Shown piece after piece: positions 21,079-30,681 of a DNA stretch of 63,126 nucleotides. Both the position numbers and the translations under genes were made by a program. The stretch covers positions 3,759-66,884 of the forward strand of contig CAZTRF010000001.1 of the NCBI GenBank assembly GCA_964616495.1, written 5' to 3'. Source of the stretch: an uncultured Muribaculaceae bacterium (GTDB lineage Bacteria; Bacillota_I; Bacilli_A; RF39; UBA660). Numbering within the stretch: position 1 is the stretch's first letter; every line of letters begins with the position of its first letter. The notes under the pieces were generated by a model. That model was given only the letters and a program-made list of their open reading frames with translations. It had not been told where the DNA came from and did no database searches.

Positions 21079-22295
21079 ATGGAGATGAGCGACATAATCG
21101 AAAGAGCAGAGTATCTTAATGAACTTAAAAATTGGAAAGATAAAGGCTTAATTAAAGTTATAACCGGTATTAGAAGATGTGGTAAATCTACTTTATTTGA
21201 TCTATTTATAGAATATTTAAAAAGTATTGATATATCAGAAAATCAAATAATAAAAATTAATTTAGAAGATCCGGCCTATCAATTTAAAAATTATTTAGAA
21301 TTATACAATTTTGTTAATTTGAAAATAAAAAGGAAATAAAAAATATTATGTTTTTTTAGATGAGGTTCAGAATGTTGGTTCATTTCAAAAAGCAGTTGAT
21401 GGATTATATATAAAGAAGAACGCAGATGTTTATATAACAGGCTCTAATGTTTATTTATTATCTGGAGAGTTAGCTACTTTATTATCCGAAGATATATTGA
21501 AATAAAAATGTTACCATTATCTTTTAAAGAATATTTAAGTGCTTTTGAGCAAAAAGAAGACATTTATGGTTTATTTTTAGAATACATGAAAAATGGTGGA
21601 ATGCCAGGAATGGTTAATATCTTAAAATAAATCCAGATGAAATTAATAAATACTTAGATGGGATTTTTTCCACTGTGGTATATAAAGATATAATGGCAAG
21701 AAATAATATTAATGATAAATTTCTGTTAGAAAATATTTTGAAGGTTATATTTGATAGTGTTGGTAGTCCTATATCTACAAAAAAAATAAGCGATACATTA
21801 ACTAGTAAAAATATAAAAACAAGTAATCATACAGTAGAAAATTATATAAATGCTTTCTTAGAAAGTTATCTAGTATATAAATCTGAAAGATATGATGTAA
21901 AAGGCAAAAATTTACTCGCAAGAGATTATAAATATTATATTGTTGATACGGGTCTAAGAAGTTATTTGTTAGGTAAAAAAGCTGATGCAGATATGGGTCA
22001 TATATTAGAAAACATAGTTTATTTAGAACTTATTTGCAGAGGGCATAGAGTTTATATTGGAAAAATTGATGATTTAAAAGTGGATTTTGTAGCTGAAAAT
22101 AGAGAAGGATTAAAATATTTTCAAGTTGCTTTATCGGTTCGTGATAAAAAAGTTTTAGAACGTGAATTAAAATCTTTGCAGAAAACGGGAGATCATTATC
22201 CAAAATATTTGCTTACCTTAGATAGAGATTTAGAAACAGATTATGAGGGAATAGTAAAAATAAATATTATTGATTGGTTGCTAGATAAGAAATAA
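21079..22295 (+). pseudogene. Disrupted AAA ATPase (AAA_14 + DUF4143 family)
   Basis: The N-terminal fragment carries Walker A (GIRRCGKST). The expected continuation KYYVFLDEVQNV...YITGSNVYLLSGELATLLS, then RYIEIKMLPLSFKEYL, then ...GGMPGMVNILK* can only be read by changing frame at about 21340 and about 21490 and crossing a stop at about 21628. The C-terminal 206-aa ORF (21675-22295) is the DUF4143 part. Confidence 0.75.
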
Positions 22296-22318
22296 AAAAA
22301 CGATTAAATCGTTTTTTT
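22294..22318. terminator. Bidirectional terminator
   Basis: A7-CGATTAAATCG-T7 palindrome between convergent genes. The stop codon of the minus-strand gene lies in the loop. Confidence 0.65.
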
Positions 22319-22879
22319 ATCTACTTTAGTATATTGTATTAATTCATTTAAGATAGCCATAGTATCAAAGATTAGATCACTATCTTGCATTTCTGATACG
22401 TAACCGGCCATTTTTCTTAAGTCTCTAGATTTTTTACCTTTTACTTGTTGAAAGAAAGGTTTACTAACATTAAGAGATACGCCAAAAGGATGGTTATCTC
22501 TAAACTCAGTTAAAGTTCCTTCTTGATGAATATTTCTAGTATCAATAATAGGTATTTCCATACCAGTAGATACCTCATAACACTTATTACCAATTTTAGC
22601 TATTAATAAAGGCATAAATTCTCCATAACTAGGATCAGCTATTTCAACTAAATCATAGCCATAACTTTGATAATCTCCTCCATAAATAAAAAATCCTGAA
22701 AAATGTAAGTTGGTTTTAGGGAATGTTCTTAATACCTCTGGAGTAATAAGAAGGGGTGATACAAATAATTTCATATCATCAACGCATCCAGTTATTGGCT
22801 TTACTTTTGGTTCTTTGCTTAGTACATATTTAGCTAATGACGCACTTAATTGTTGTTCTCTTTTGGTTTCTTCTTTCAT
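22304..22879 (-). CDS. Hypothetical protein (191 aa), no recognisable family
   Basis: A long ORF with a GGAG RBS upstream (rc of ...aaggagaacaatatg). No motif was recognised. Confidence 0.5.
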   Translation of the reverse strand: MKEETKREQQLSASLAKYVLSKEPKVKPITGCVDDMKLFVSPLLITPEVLRTFPKTNLHFSGFFIYGGDYQSYGYDLVEIADPSYGEFMPLLIAKIGNKCYEVSTGMEIPIIDTRNIHQEGTLTEFRDNHPFGVSLNVSKPFFQQVKGKKSRDLRKMAGYVSEMQDSDLIFDTMAILNELIQYTKVDKKTI

Positions 22880-22973
22880 ATTGTTCTCCTTTAAATAATA
22901 AAGTATATCTTAAAATAAATAGATAGAATAGTCAACTAAAATATGTTATTATTTATCTGTTAGGAATGATTAT

Positions 22974-24254
22974 ATGTTTATAGATGAATTAGTAATAAAG
23001 GTAACTGCTGGTAAAGGTGGAGATGGATGTACTTCTTTTCGTCATGAAAAGTATATTGAAATGGGTGGACCTGATGGTGGGAATGGTGGCAGAGGCAGTG
23101 ACATTATTTTTAAGGTTGATAAAAATCTTCGTACTTTGTTAGATTTAAAATATCAAAAGCATATTAAGGGAGATAAAGGTACTAATGGTGAAGGATCTAA
23201 TAAATATGGTAAAAGTGCTGAGCCAATTATTATTAAAGTTCCTGAAGGAACAACCATCACTGATATAGATACTAATTTAGTTATTTGTGATTTGGTATCT
23301 GACAAAGAAGAATTTGTTATATGTAAGGGTGGCAGAGGTGGAAAAGGTAATAAAGCCTATGCTACTAAGTTTGATAAAGCACCTAGAATGAGTGAATTAG
23401 GCGAACCAGGAGAAGAAAGATTAATTAAATGTGAATTAAAGGTTTTGGCGGATATTGGTTTAGTGGGATTACCCAGTGTTGGTAAAAGTTCAATATTATC
23501 ATTAATTAGTGCTTCTAAGCCTAAAATAGCAGCTTATCACTTTACCACATTAAGTCCTAATTTAGGAGTAGTAAAATTAAAAGATCATCGTGAATTTGTT
23601 ATAGCAGACCTTCCGGGGCTTATTAAGGGAGCTAGTGAAGGGATTGGCCTTGGAGATAAATTTCTTAAACATACTAGTAGATGCAAAATAATTGCCCATG
23701 TAGTTGATATGGGTAGTTCCGAAGGAAGAGATCCTATTTTAGATTATTTAGAAATAAATGAAGAACTTTCAAAATATAGTGATAACTTAAAAAATAAAAA
23801 ACAAATAGTTATTGCTAATAAAATGGATTTAGATAGTTCTAAAGAAAATTTAAAAAAGTTTAAAGCAAAATTTAAAGACTTAGAAGTTATTGAAATAAGC
23901 GCTTTATTTAATGTGGGCCTTGATGAAATGTTAAATAAATTTGCTAATACTTTAGATGAAATTAAAAATGAACCTTTATACCAAAAAGATGAATTTGAAG
24001 AAGAAATATTATATAAGTTCGAAGAAGAAAAACCCTTTGAAATAATTAAAGATAATGATGTTTGGGTACTAAAAAGTAAATTAATTGAAAAATTATTTAA
24101 AATGACTCGTTTTGATAATGAAGAAGCTGTTAAAAGGTTTGGTTTAAAGTTAAAAAGAATGGGTGTAGATAATGAATTAGAACACTTAGGAGCACATCCT
24201 GGTGATATGGTTCAAATATTAGATTATATGTTTGAATTTAAAAATGATAGATAA
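22974..24254 (+). CDS. obg: GTPase Obg/CgtA
   Basis: The glycine-rich Obg fold reads MFIDELVIKVTAGKGGDGCTSFRHEKY...GGPDGGNGGRGSDI. G motifs are GLPSVGKSS, DLPGLI and NKMD. A C-terminal OCT/TGS-like domain is present. Confidence 0.95.
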   Translation: MFIDELVIKVTAGKGGDGCTSFRHEKYIEMGGPDGGNGGRGSDIIFKVDKNLRTLLDLKYQKHIKGDKGTNGEGSNKYGKSAEPIIIKVPEGTTITDIDTNLVICDLVSDKEEFVICKGGRGGKGNKAYATKFDKAPRMSELGEPGEERLIKCELKVLADIGLVGLPSVGKSSILSLISASKPKIAAYHFTTLSPNLGVVKLKDHREFVIADLPGLIKGASEGIGLGDKFLKHTSRCKIIAHVVDMGSSEGRDPILDYLEINEELSKYSDNLKNKKQIVIANKMDLDSSKENLKKFKAKFKDLEVIEISALFNVGLDEMLNKFANTLDEIKNEPLYQKDEFEEEILYKFEEEKPFEIIKDNDVWVLKSKLIEKLFKMTRFDNEEAVKRFGLKLKRMGVDNELEHLGAHPGDMVQILDYMFEFKNDR

Positions 24255-24520
24255 TCTCCTATATGGTAATTAATACTGGTGTATTTAGGTAATTCTAAAA
24301 CACTGGTATTTTTATTTACAACAATTATTTGATTAGGCAAAACATTAACAAAATGAAATAAAATTTTATTATTATCTAAGAATAAAATATCGATATTATC
24401 TAGCATATTATAGGTATGAACAGCATTACATTTAGGAATTAATAATCCTTCAGTAATGTTTTTCTTTCCCATAAGACCTATTACTTTAGTATTTAAGTCG
24501 CGAGCAATATTAATTTTCAT
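24224..24520 (-). CDS. DUF192 (COG1430) family protein
   Basis: GLMGKK...GLLIP.CNAVHTYNM...IDILFLD matches the DUF192 pattern (GLM...M.F.lD..F.D). Its 3' end overlaps the obg 3' end by 31 nt (convergent). Confidence 0.55.
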   Translation of the reverse strand: MKINIARDLNTKVIGLMGKKNITEGLLIPKCNAVHTYNMLDNIDILFLDNNKILFHFVNVLPNQIIVVNKNTSVLELPKYTSINYHIGDYLSFLNSNI

Positions 24521-24575
24521 AATTATCTTCCTTTTTAAATAATATATGATAAAATTATAATGGAGGTAACGTATA

Positions 24576-25976
24576 ATGAAGTATGATGTAGTTATAGTAG
24601 GGGCCGGACCAGCTGGGTTATTTACGGCTTATGAATTAATTACTAAAAATCCAAAATTAAAGGTATTATTAGTTGATAAAGGCCATTCAGTTAAAAATAG
24701 ACATTGTCCAATGAATGAAAAAAATATTCCTTGTGCTAATTGCAATCCTTGCAATATTTTAAGTGGTTATGGTGGGGCAGGAACTTTTAGCGATGGTAAA
24801 CTTAATTATGTTCCTAAATTAGGCAAAAGTGATTTATTTAAATATATGTCTAATGAAGAGGCCTATCAAATAATTGATGATACTGAAGAAATATTTAATA
24901 GATTTGAAATGGATAGTGAAGTATTTCCTAGTAATATGAAAGATGCTATTAATTTTCAAAAAGAAGTGGCTAAGCATGGGGCACGCTATCTTTTAATAAA
25001 ACAAAAACATATTGGTAGTGACATTTTACCTAGCAAAATTACTTTGATGTGTGACTATTTAGAAAAACAAGGCGTAATTTTAAACGAAAATTGTTATGTT
25101 GAAGATATTACTAGTAAAAGTGCCAGTGAGCATCACCTATCTTTAATAAATAATGGTAAGACCGAAAAAATAATTACTAAAAAAGTAGTAATTGCTCCTG
25201 GTAGAGTTGGAGCTAAATGGGTTCAAGAACTTGCTGATAAATATCAAATATCTTATTTATCTCAAAGTATTGAAATAGGAGTAAGAGTTGAAGTAAGAAA
25301 AGAAATTCTAGAAGATTTGTGTAATGTTATATATGATCCAACTATTTTTATTAAAACCAATACTTATAATGATCAGGTAAGAACCTTTTGTACTAATCCG
25401 GGTGGTTATGTTACTAAGGAAAATTATTATGGCTATATCTGTGTTAATGGTCATTCTTTAAAAAATAAAAAATCTCAAAATTCAAATTTTGCTTTTATTT
25501 CTAAAGTAGGTCTTACAGAACCAGTTACTAACACTAGAGCATATGGAGAATCTATTGCTAAAATAGCTAATTGCTTAGGAGATTCTAAACCCATTATTCA
25601 AAGTCTTAAAGATTTAAAGAAAGGTCGCCGAAGTACTTGGCATCGTTTAGAAAAAAACTTTGTAGAACCAACCTTAAAAGACTGTGTGGCAGGTGATTTG
25701 GCTTTAGTAATGCCTTATCGAATAATTACAAATATCTTAGAAGGACTAGAAAAGTTAGACAAAATAATTCCAGGTGTTAATAATGATGAAACTCTTTTAT
25801 ACGGACCAGAAATAAAGTTTTTTAGTAATGAAATAGAAACTAATAAAAAGTTCAAACTAAATAATTATGATATTTATTTTATAGGAGATGGAGCTGGTAA
25901 AGCAGGAAACATTGTTACGGCAGCAGCAACAGGTTTAATAGCTGCCCGTGATATTATAGAAAATATCAAGAAGTAA
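24576..25976 (+). CDS. FAD-dependent oxidoreductase (COG2509-like)
   Basis: N-terminal dinucleotide fold YDVVIVGAGPAGLFTAYEL and C-terminal FIGDGAGKAGNIV. Confidence 0.7.
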   Translation: MKYDVVIVGAGPAGLFTAYELITKNPKLKVLLVDKGHSVKNRHCPMNEKNIPCANCNPCNILSGYGGAGTFSDGKLNYVPKLGKSDLFKYMSNEEAYQIIDDTEEIFNRFEMDSEVFPSNMKDAINFQKEVAKHGARYLLIKQKHIGSDILPSKITLMCDYLEKQGVILNENCYVEDITSKSASEHHLSLINNGKTEKIITKKVVIAPGRVGAKWVQELADKYQISYLSQSIEIGVRVEVRKEILEDLCNVIYDPTIFIKTNTYNDQVRTFCTNPGGYVTKENYYGYICVNGHSLKNKKSQNSNFAFISKVGLTEPVTNTRAYGESIAKIANCLGDSKPIIQSLKDLKKGRRSTWHRLEKNFVEPTLKDCVAGDLALVMPYRIITNILEGLEKLDKIIPGVNNDETLLYGPEIKFFSNEIETNKKFKLNNYDIYFIGDGAGKAGNIVTAAATGLIAARDIIENIKK

Positions 25977-25977
25977 A

Positions 25978-26006
25978 TTGACACTTAAGACATTTTTAAG
26001 TATAAT
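25978..26006 (+). promoter_or_regulatory. Consensus sigma-A promoter of the Tad-like operon
   Basis: TTGACA (25978-25983), exact 17-nt spacer, TATAAT (26001-26006). Confidence 0.65.
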
Positions 26007-26073
26007 TATAAATAATAGGGAGATTGGAAAATAGATTCTAAATATTTTAAAAAAGAAAAAAAGGGGAATAAAA

Positions 26074-26847
26074 ATGGCTAGAAAACAAGGCAAAGCTATT
26101 TGTGTTTTTAGTGCTAAAGGTGGAGTAGGTAAAACTTCTACCGTTTTAAATATGGCCGGAATTTATGAATCCATTAAAAAAAAGGTCCTAATAATGGACT
26201 TTGATCTTTCTAATGGAGGAATATCTTTAGTATTAAATAAAGGAATTGATAAATCAATTTATAATGCTATTGATGATATTAATAATAATCGTTTTAGGGG
26301 TTTAGAAGCATATGTAACCAAATATAATGATTTTATTGATTACCTACCAGCTCCTAAAGATCCTAGACAAGCCCTAAAAATAGATAGCAAATATGTAAAA
26401 CTTTTAATTGATCATGCTATATATGCTTATGACATTGTTTTAATAGATACCACTCACTCATTAAGTGAAATAAATATTAATATTTTAGATAAAGTTGATG
26501 ATATTTTATTTTTAGTGACTAATGATCAATATGATTTGAAAAATTTAAAGTCATTAATTAGTATTTTTAAAGATAATGGAATCTCTAATTATGTAGTAGC
26601 CTTAAATAATAGCATTGCTCCTCATAGAAAATATTTTTCAATATATGATATTAGAAATATTTTAAAAACTAATATTGATTTTGTTATACCTGAAAATTTC
26701 TTTAATAAAAATTATGATAAAATCACTTTAAATGATGGTATTTATTGTTTATCTAAAAAGATTCCAATGAATTCGTCGGCTGGAATTGAAATTATTTCTA
26801 AGATGGCCATGTATTTTATTGAGAAAGGTGGGAATAAAAATGACTAG
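26074..26847 (+). CDS. ParA/MinD-type ATPase, CpaE/TadZ-like pilus-assembly localisation protein
   Basis: Deviant Walker A FSAKGGVGKTSTVLN. It lies directly upstream of, and overlaps, the CpaF-type ATPase gene. Confidence 0.7.
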   Translation: MARKQGKAICVFSAKGGVGKTSTVLNMAGIYESIKKKVLIMDFDLSNGGISLVLNKGIDKSIYNAIDDINNNRFRGLEAYVTKYNDFIDYLPAPKDPRQALKIDSKYVKLLIDHAIYAYDIVLIDTTHSLSEININILDKVDDILFLVTNDQYDLKNLKSLISIFKDNGISNYVVALNNSIAPHRKYFSIYDIRNILKTNIDFVIPENFFNKNYDKITLNDGIYCLSKKIPMNSSAGIEIISKMAMYFIEKGGNKND

Positions 26848-28177
26848 TCTTTCTGAAGCTTTTGAAATAAAAAGTCAAGCAACCTACGAAACAATGTCTG
26901 ATTATGAAGTGTTTAAAGATAAAGAGTTGTTAGATAATTTACGAGAAAAAGTTATTACTTCAATAGCTAATAAAACTCTTCCTAAAGAAGAGGGAATAAA
27001 AGAATTTATTGATGACGAAATCAATAAAAATACTGAAGGATTTGATTTAAGTAATATAGAAAGAGAACATCTTTTTAATCTTATTTATGATGAAATATGT
27101 GGCTATGGACCGATAACAACTTTATTAAATGATTCAAATGTTACTGAAATAATGGTTAATGCCCCTGATCAAATATATATTGAAGTTAATGGAGAAATTA
27201 TCAAAGAAGAAGATGTATCATTTATTAATGAAAATCATATTCTAAGAACTATTAATCGTTTAATTGAAGATACTGGTGAAGTAATAGATGCTAACAATCC
27301 TATTGTAGATGTTAGAATAAATGAGAAAACGAGAATTAATGCGGTTATTCCTCCGCTTAGTTTGAATGGACCAATTATAACTATTAAAAAATATCAAGAT
27401 AATATTGCAACAATTGATGAATTAATCGGAATGGGTACCCTAACTATTGATATGGCTAAGTTTTTATACGCTGCCGTTAAAGCTAAATTAAATATAGTCA
27501 TTTCGGGGGGATCCGGTAGTGGAAAATCAACCTTATTAAGTATATTAACTACTTTAATTCCAGAAAAAGAGAGAGTTATTGTAATTGAAAATAATGCTGA
27601 ACTTAGAATTAAAAGAGATAATATTGTTTTTTTGGAAAGCAAGAAAAATCAAGAAAAGGGTTTTACTACTCATGATTTAGTAATTAATTCATTAAAAATG
27701 AGACCAGATCGAATAATAGTAAGCGAATGCCAAGGTAATGAGGCTTTTGATATGCTAGAAGCTATGAATACCGGACATGATGGATCTATCACTACTATCC
27801 ATGCCAGCAGTCCTAAAGATGCCTTTAATAGATTAGTAACTATGATTTTAATGAGTGATAAGGATTTTTCAAAAGATGCCATTAGCAGTTACTTAAATAA
27901 TGCGGTTGATTTAATTATTAATATTGAAAGAATGAGTGATGGCAAAAGAAAAATAACCAATATTTCTGAAGTAACCAATTTATTGAATGGGGCCGTTGAA
28001 ACCAAAGATATCTTTATCTTCCGTCAAATTGGAATTATGGCTAATAATGAGGTGAATGGTGAGTTTTTAAAAACAAATTATATTCCTTTTATATATAATA
28101 AAATTAAAAAAAGGGGTATTAAAGATATTGATTATTTATTTAAAATGTGGGATGACGAAAAACCAATGTTAAAATAA
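26840..28177 (+). CDS. CpaF/TadA-type secretion ATPase (VirB11/PilB superfamily)
   Basis: Walker A GGSGSGKSTLLS, a Walker B/Asp box, and ECQGNEAFDMLEAMNTGHDGSITTIHA (His box). ATG 26840 follows a GGTGGGA RBS and overlaps the upstream stop. Confidence 0.85.
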   Translation: MTSLSEAFEIKSQATYETMSDYEVFKDKELLDNLREKVITSIANKTLPKEEGIKEFIDDEINKNTEGFDLSNIEREHLFNLIYDEICGYGPITTLLNDSNVTEIMVNAPDQIYIEVNGEIIKEEDVSFINENHILRTINRLIEDTGEVIDANNPIVDVRINEKTRINAVIPPLSLNGPIITIKKYQDNIATIDELIGMGTLTIDMAKFLYAAVKAKLNIVISGGSGSGKSTLLSILTTLIPEKERVIVIENNAELRIKRDNIVFLESKKNQEKGFTTHDLVINSLKMRPDRIIVSECQGNEAFDMLEAMNTGHDGSITTIHASSPKDAFNRLVTMILMSDKDFSKDAISSYLNNAVDLIINIERMSDGKRKITNISEVTNLLNGAVETKDIFIFRQIGIMANNEVNGEFLKTNYIPFIYNKIKKRGIKDIDYLFKMWDDEKPMLK

Positions 28178-28190
28178 AAGGAGTGATAAA

Positions 28191-29207
28191 ATGATAGTTC
28201 AATTAATAAAAGACAGTTTTTATGTTCAAATACTATTATTTGTTATTCTTTTTCTTACAATTAATTATGTAATATTAACTATTAAATCTATAAGATATGA
28301 AAAAAAATTTAATTTTTATGCTCTTAATTATTACGAAACTAAAGATAATTCTTTAGGAGATAAGATATATAACTTTATTTGGAAATTTATTTTAAATGTT
28401 TCATCCTTTATTAATAAAATTCCCTTTATCAAAAAATATGCCCTTAGATATGATAAATATGCTAACTATAAAGATGAAAGAGAAGGAATAGATTATATTT
28501 CATTAAAAATAATATTTTCTTTTATAACGGTTATATTAGCAATGACCATTTTTAAATTTAAATTTACTATTTTTAATATAATTATTTATTTAATGTCCTT
28601 ACTAGGAGGTTTTCTATTTCCTAACATTTATTTAAAACTAAAATACTATCAAAAATGCCATAATATTAAGAATGATTTCTACAAATCATTAATTATTTTA
28701 AAAAATTCATTTGAAAGTAATTGCAATCTTAATATGGCTATTAAATCAGTAATTAAAAGTAATGATGGCGATATAAGATTTGAGTATAGCCATATTTTAA
28801 ATGATTTAAAATGTGGTTTAACTATTGATAAGGCTTTTTTAAGATTGAAAGATAGAATTAGAGTTGATGAAATTAATTTTATGATTGATCGTTTTGTTTC
28901 TTTAACCAAAGTTAATGAAGATTATTTATTAGTTTTGGAAATGGTTTTAGAAGAAACAAAAGAAAATAGTGCCTTTAAAAAAGAAAATGTTCTTAGTACA
29001 TTGTTTTTAAAAATATTAAGTGTTTTATTTATAATGGCTCCACTCATAATAACTATTATCTATTTAAAAAAAGACGCCTATTATTTTGATAATCTTTATA
29101 ATAATAGTTATGGTATGATACTATGTTTGATTTTTATAATAATTTATCTTTTATATTTAATAATAATTAATTTTTTATTTAAGGCAGGTAGATATTATGA
29201 AAAATAA
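28191..29207 (+). CDS. TadB-like T2SS-F domain inner-membrane platform protein
   Basis: TM helices flank a soluble block: DFYKSLIILKNSFESNCNLNMAIKSVI...ILNDLKCGLTIDKAFLRLKDRI. This block is typical of GspF/TadB repeats. Confidence 0.55.
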   Translation: MIVQLIKDSFYVQILLFVILFLTINYVILTIKSIRYEKKFNFYALNYYETKDNSLGDKIYNFIWKFILNVSSFINKIPFIKKYALRYDKYANYKDEREGIDYISLKIIFSFITVILAMTIFKFKFTIFNIIIYLMSLLGGFLFPNIYLKLKYYQKCHNIKNDFYKSLIILKNSFESNCNLNMAIKSVIKSNDGDIRFEYSHILNDLKCGLTIDKAFLRLKDRIRVDEINFMIDRFVSLTKVNEDYLLVLEMVLEETKENSAFKKENVLSTLFLKILSVLFIMAPLIITIIYLKKDAYYFDNLYNNSYGMILCLIFIIIYLLYLIIINFLFKAGRYYEK

Positions 29208-29901
29208 ACCAAACTTTATAAATAAAATATATCGTAATAAGACTATAGTTTCTTTAAATGATAAAATAAAAATGTTGGGCGATACTAAATTTAATATTAA
29301 TAGATTTTTATTGTTTAGATTGATTTTTACGATTATTATTTTTTTATTAGTGCTCTTATTTGTTCCGTATGGCCTTTATTTATCATTAATTGTAACTATA
29401 TTATTTTATATATCTTTTGAATGGCTTTTTATAGATATACCCTTAAATAACCGTAAAATGATTATTAATAGAGATGCTATTTTATTTTTTGAAGAACTTT
29501 CATTAGCTTATCAAAAAAATTCTAATTTAAAAGAAAGTTTTATTTTGGTTTGTTCTACTGATGATGGAAATGAAATAAAGAAAGAAATTAATAATCTTAC
29601 CTATAAAATAGATAAATCATTTACCAATTCATTAGAAGAAATTATTACTAAATTACCATCTCTAAGTGTTAGAACAACTTTTTTAAACATTTTAGAAACT
29701 TATAACCATAATAATAAATTAAATCTAAATAAAGAAATTTCTTTTTTAAAAAATAATTATTATTTTAAGAAAAAAAATTTTCTAATAAAATCTATAATTA
29801 AATTTTTAATTATTTCATTAATATTAATTGGATTTATTTCATTTGGTTTAATATACTATGAAAAAATAATAAAATTATGGTTGTTTTTAATTAACAAATA
29901 A
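29197..29901 (+). CDS. TadC-like T2SS-F domain membrane protein
   Basis: The architecture matches the upstream gene (TM, soluble helical block FFEELSLAYQKNSNLKESF..., C-terminal TM). It overlaps the tadB-like gene by 11 nt. Confidence 0.5.
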   Translation: MKNKPNFINKIYRNKTIVSLNDKIKMLGDTKFNINRFLLFRLIFTIIIFLLVLLFVPYGLYLSLIVTILFYISFEWLFIDIPLNNRKMIINRDAILFFEELSLAYQKNSNLKESFILVCSTDDGNEIKKEINNLTYKIDKSFTNSLEEIITKLPSLSVRTTFLNILETYNHNNKLNLNKEISFLKNNYYFKKKNFLIKSIIKFLIISLILIGFISFGLIYYEKIIKLWLFLINK

Positions 29902-29933
29902 TATATAATATTTTTAGATAGGAGGTACGTTTT

Positions 29934-30353
29934 GTGAGTAAGTTTTGTAAAAATTGCGGTAAAGAGTTAAAAGAGGGCGCTGATGTATGTGTAGCATGTG
30001 GAAAAGCTATTGAAGAAACTCCAACTGTTGCTGCTGGCACACCTAATCCTGCTCAAGGAAAAAGTGTAGCTGCTTTAATTACTGGTATTGCATCAATCGT
30101 ATTATGCTGGATTCCATTTGTTAGTTTTGCATGTATTGGTTCTGGGATAGCAGCTATTGTTTTAGGCTCAAAAGCTCGTAAAGAATCACCACAAGGAAAG
30201 ACTGGAATGGCTACTGCTGGACTAGTTCTTGGAATTATTGGTGTATGTTTATCAGCAATCTATAGCATTTGCTATGTATGTACATGTGCAGCTGCTGGAG
30301 AAATTGAAAATGCTTTTGGTGACATAGACTGGTCTGACTATACAAACTATTAA
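29934..30353 (+). CDS. Zinc-ribbon + DUF4190-like membrane protein
   Basis: N-terminal CKNCG...CVACG zinc ribbon, a Pro/Ala linker and two Gly/Ala-rich TM helices. It has a GTG start after a strong GGAGG RBS and looks visibly more GC-rich than its neighbours. Confidence 0.6.
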   Translation: MSKFCKNCGKELKEGADVCVACGKAIEETPTVAAGTPNPAQGKSVAALITGIASIVLCWIPFVSFACIGSGIAAIVLGSKARKESPQGKTGMATAGLVLGIIGVCLSAIYSICYVCTCAAAGEIENAFGDIDWSDYTNY

Positions 30354-30404
30354 TAATAGGAGCTCTAAAAGCTCTTTTTTTGTGTCTGAAAATATAGTAT
30401 ACTT

Positions 30405-30502
30405 AAAAAAGAAAAAGAGTGAGAGTTATGTTGCCAACAGTTAATTTTTTAGGAAAAGAATTAGGAATGTATCCAATAATGGCCACTATAGGATTATTTG
30501 CT
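30405..30502 (+). repeat. Direct repeat copy 1: duplicated lgt RBS plus first 25 codons
   Basis: 97 of 98 nt are identical to 32766-32863. The only mismatch is C30484 versus T32845. Confidence 0.95.
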
Positions 30503-30514
30503 TTAGCCATATGA
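30428..30514 (+). pseudogene. Truncated lgt 5' fragment (28 codons)
   Basis: It encodes MLPTVNFLGKELGMYPIMATIGLFALAI*. The first 25 residues are identical to the intact lgt N-terminus at 32789. Confidence 0.85.
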
Positions 30515-30614
30515 ATTTTTCTTTCTTTATTCGCATGAATTTAGTTTATAACATTATATGTCTTTTTTAATTTCATTTGTTGCACTTCATATTTAAATTA
30601 TGTTTACATTTAAC

Positions 30615-30644
30615 TTGATAATATGATAAACTTATCCTGATAAT
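30615..30644 (+). promoter_or_regulatory. Weak candidate promoter for the glycine-rich protein gene
   Basis: TTGATA (30615-30620), 18-nt spacer, GATAAT (30639-30644). Confidence 0.3.
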
Positions 30645-30681
30645 AGGAAATTTTTTTTGTGTAACAAAAAGAAGGTGTCGG

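Noticed and set aside
24224-24254. 31-nt convergent overlap of the obg and DUF192 gene 3' ends as a possible antisense regulatory feature.
   Set aside because: Short convergent overlaps are common in compact AT-rich genomes. No additional structure supports a special role.
29934-30353. Considered as the missing Flp pilin or pseudopilin of the Tad operon because it immediately follows tadC.
   Set aside because: It starts with a cytoplasmic zinc ribbon and has no G/xxxxEY-type leader. Its two Gly/Ala-rich TM helices fit the DUF4190 layout instead.
30354-30381. Terminator after the zinc-ribbon gene (AGCT...AGCT followed by T7).
   Set aside because: Only a 4-bp stem can be drawn. The T-run alone is not sufficient, so it is not listed as a feature.
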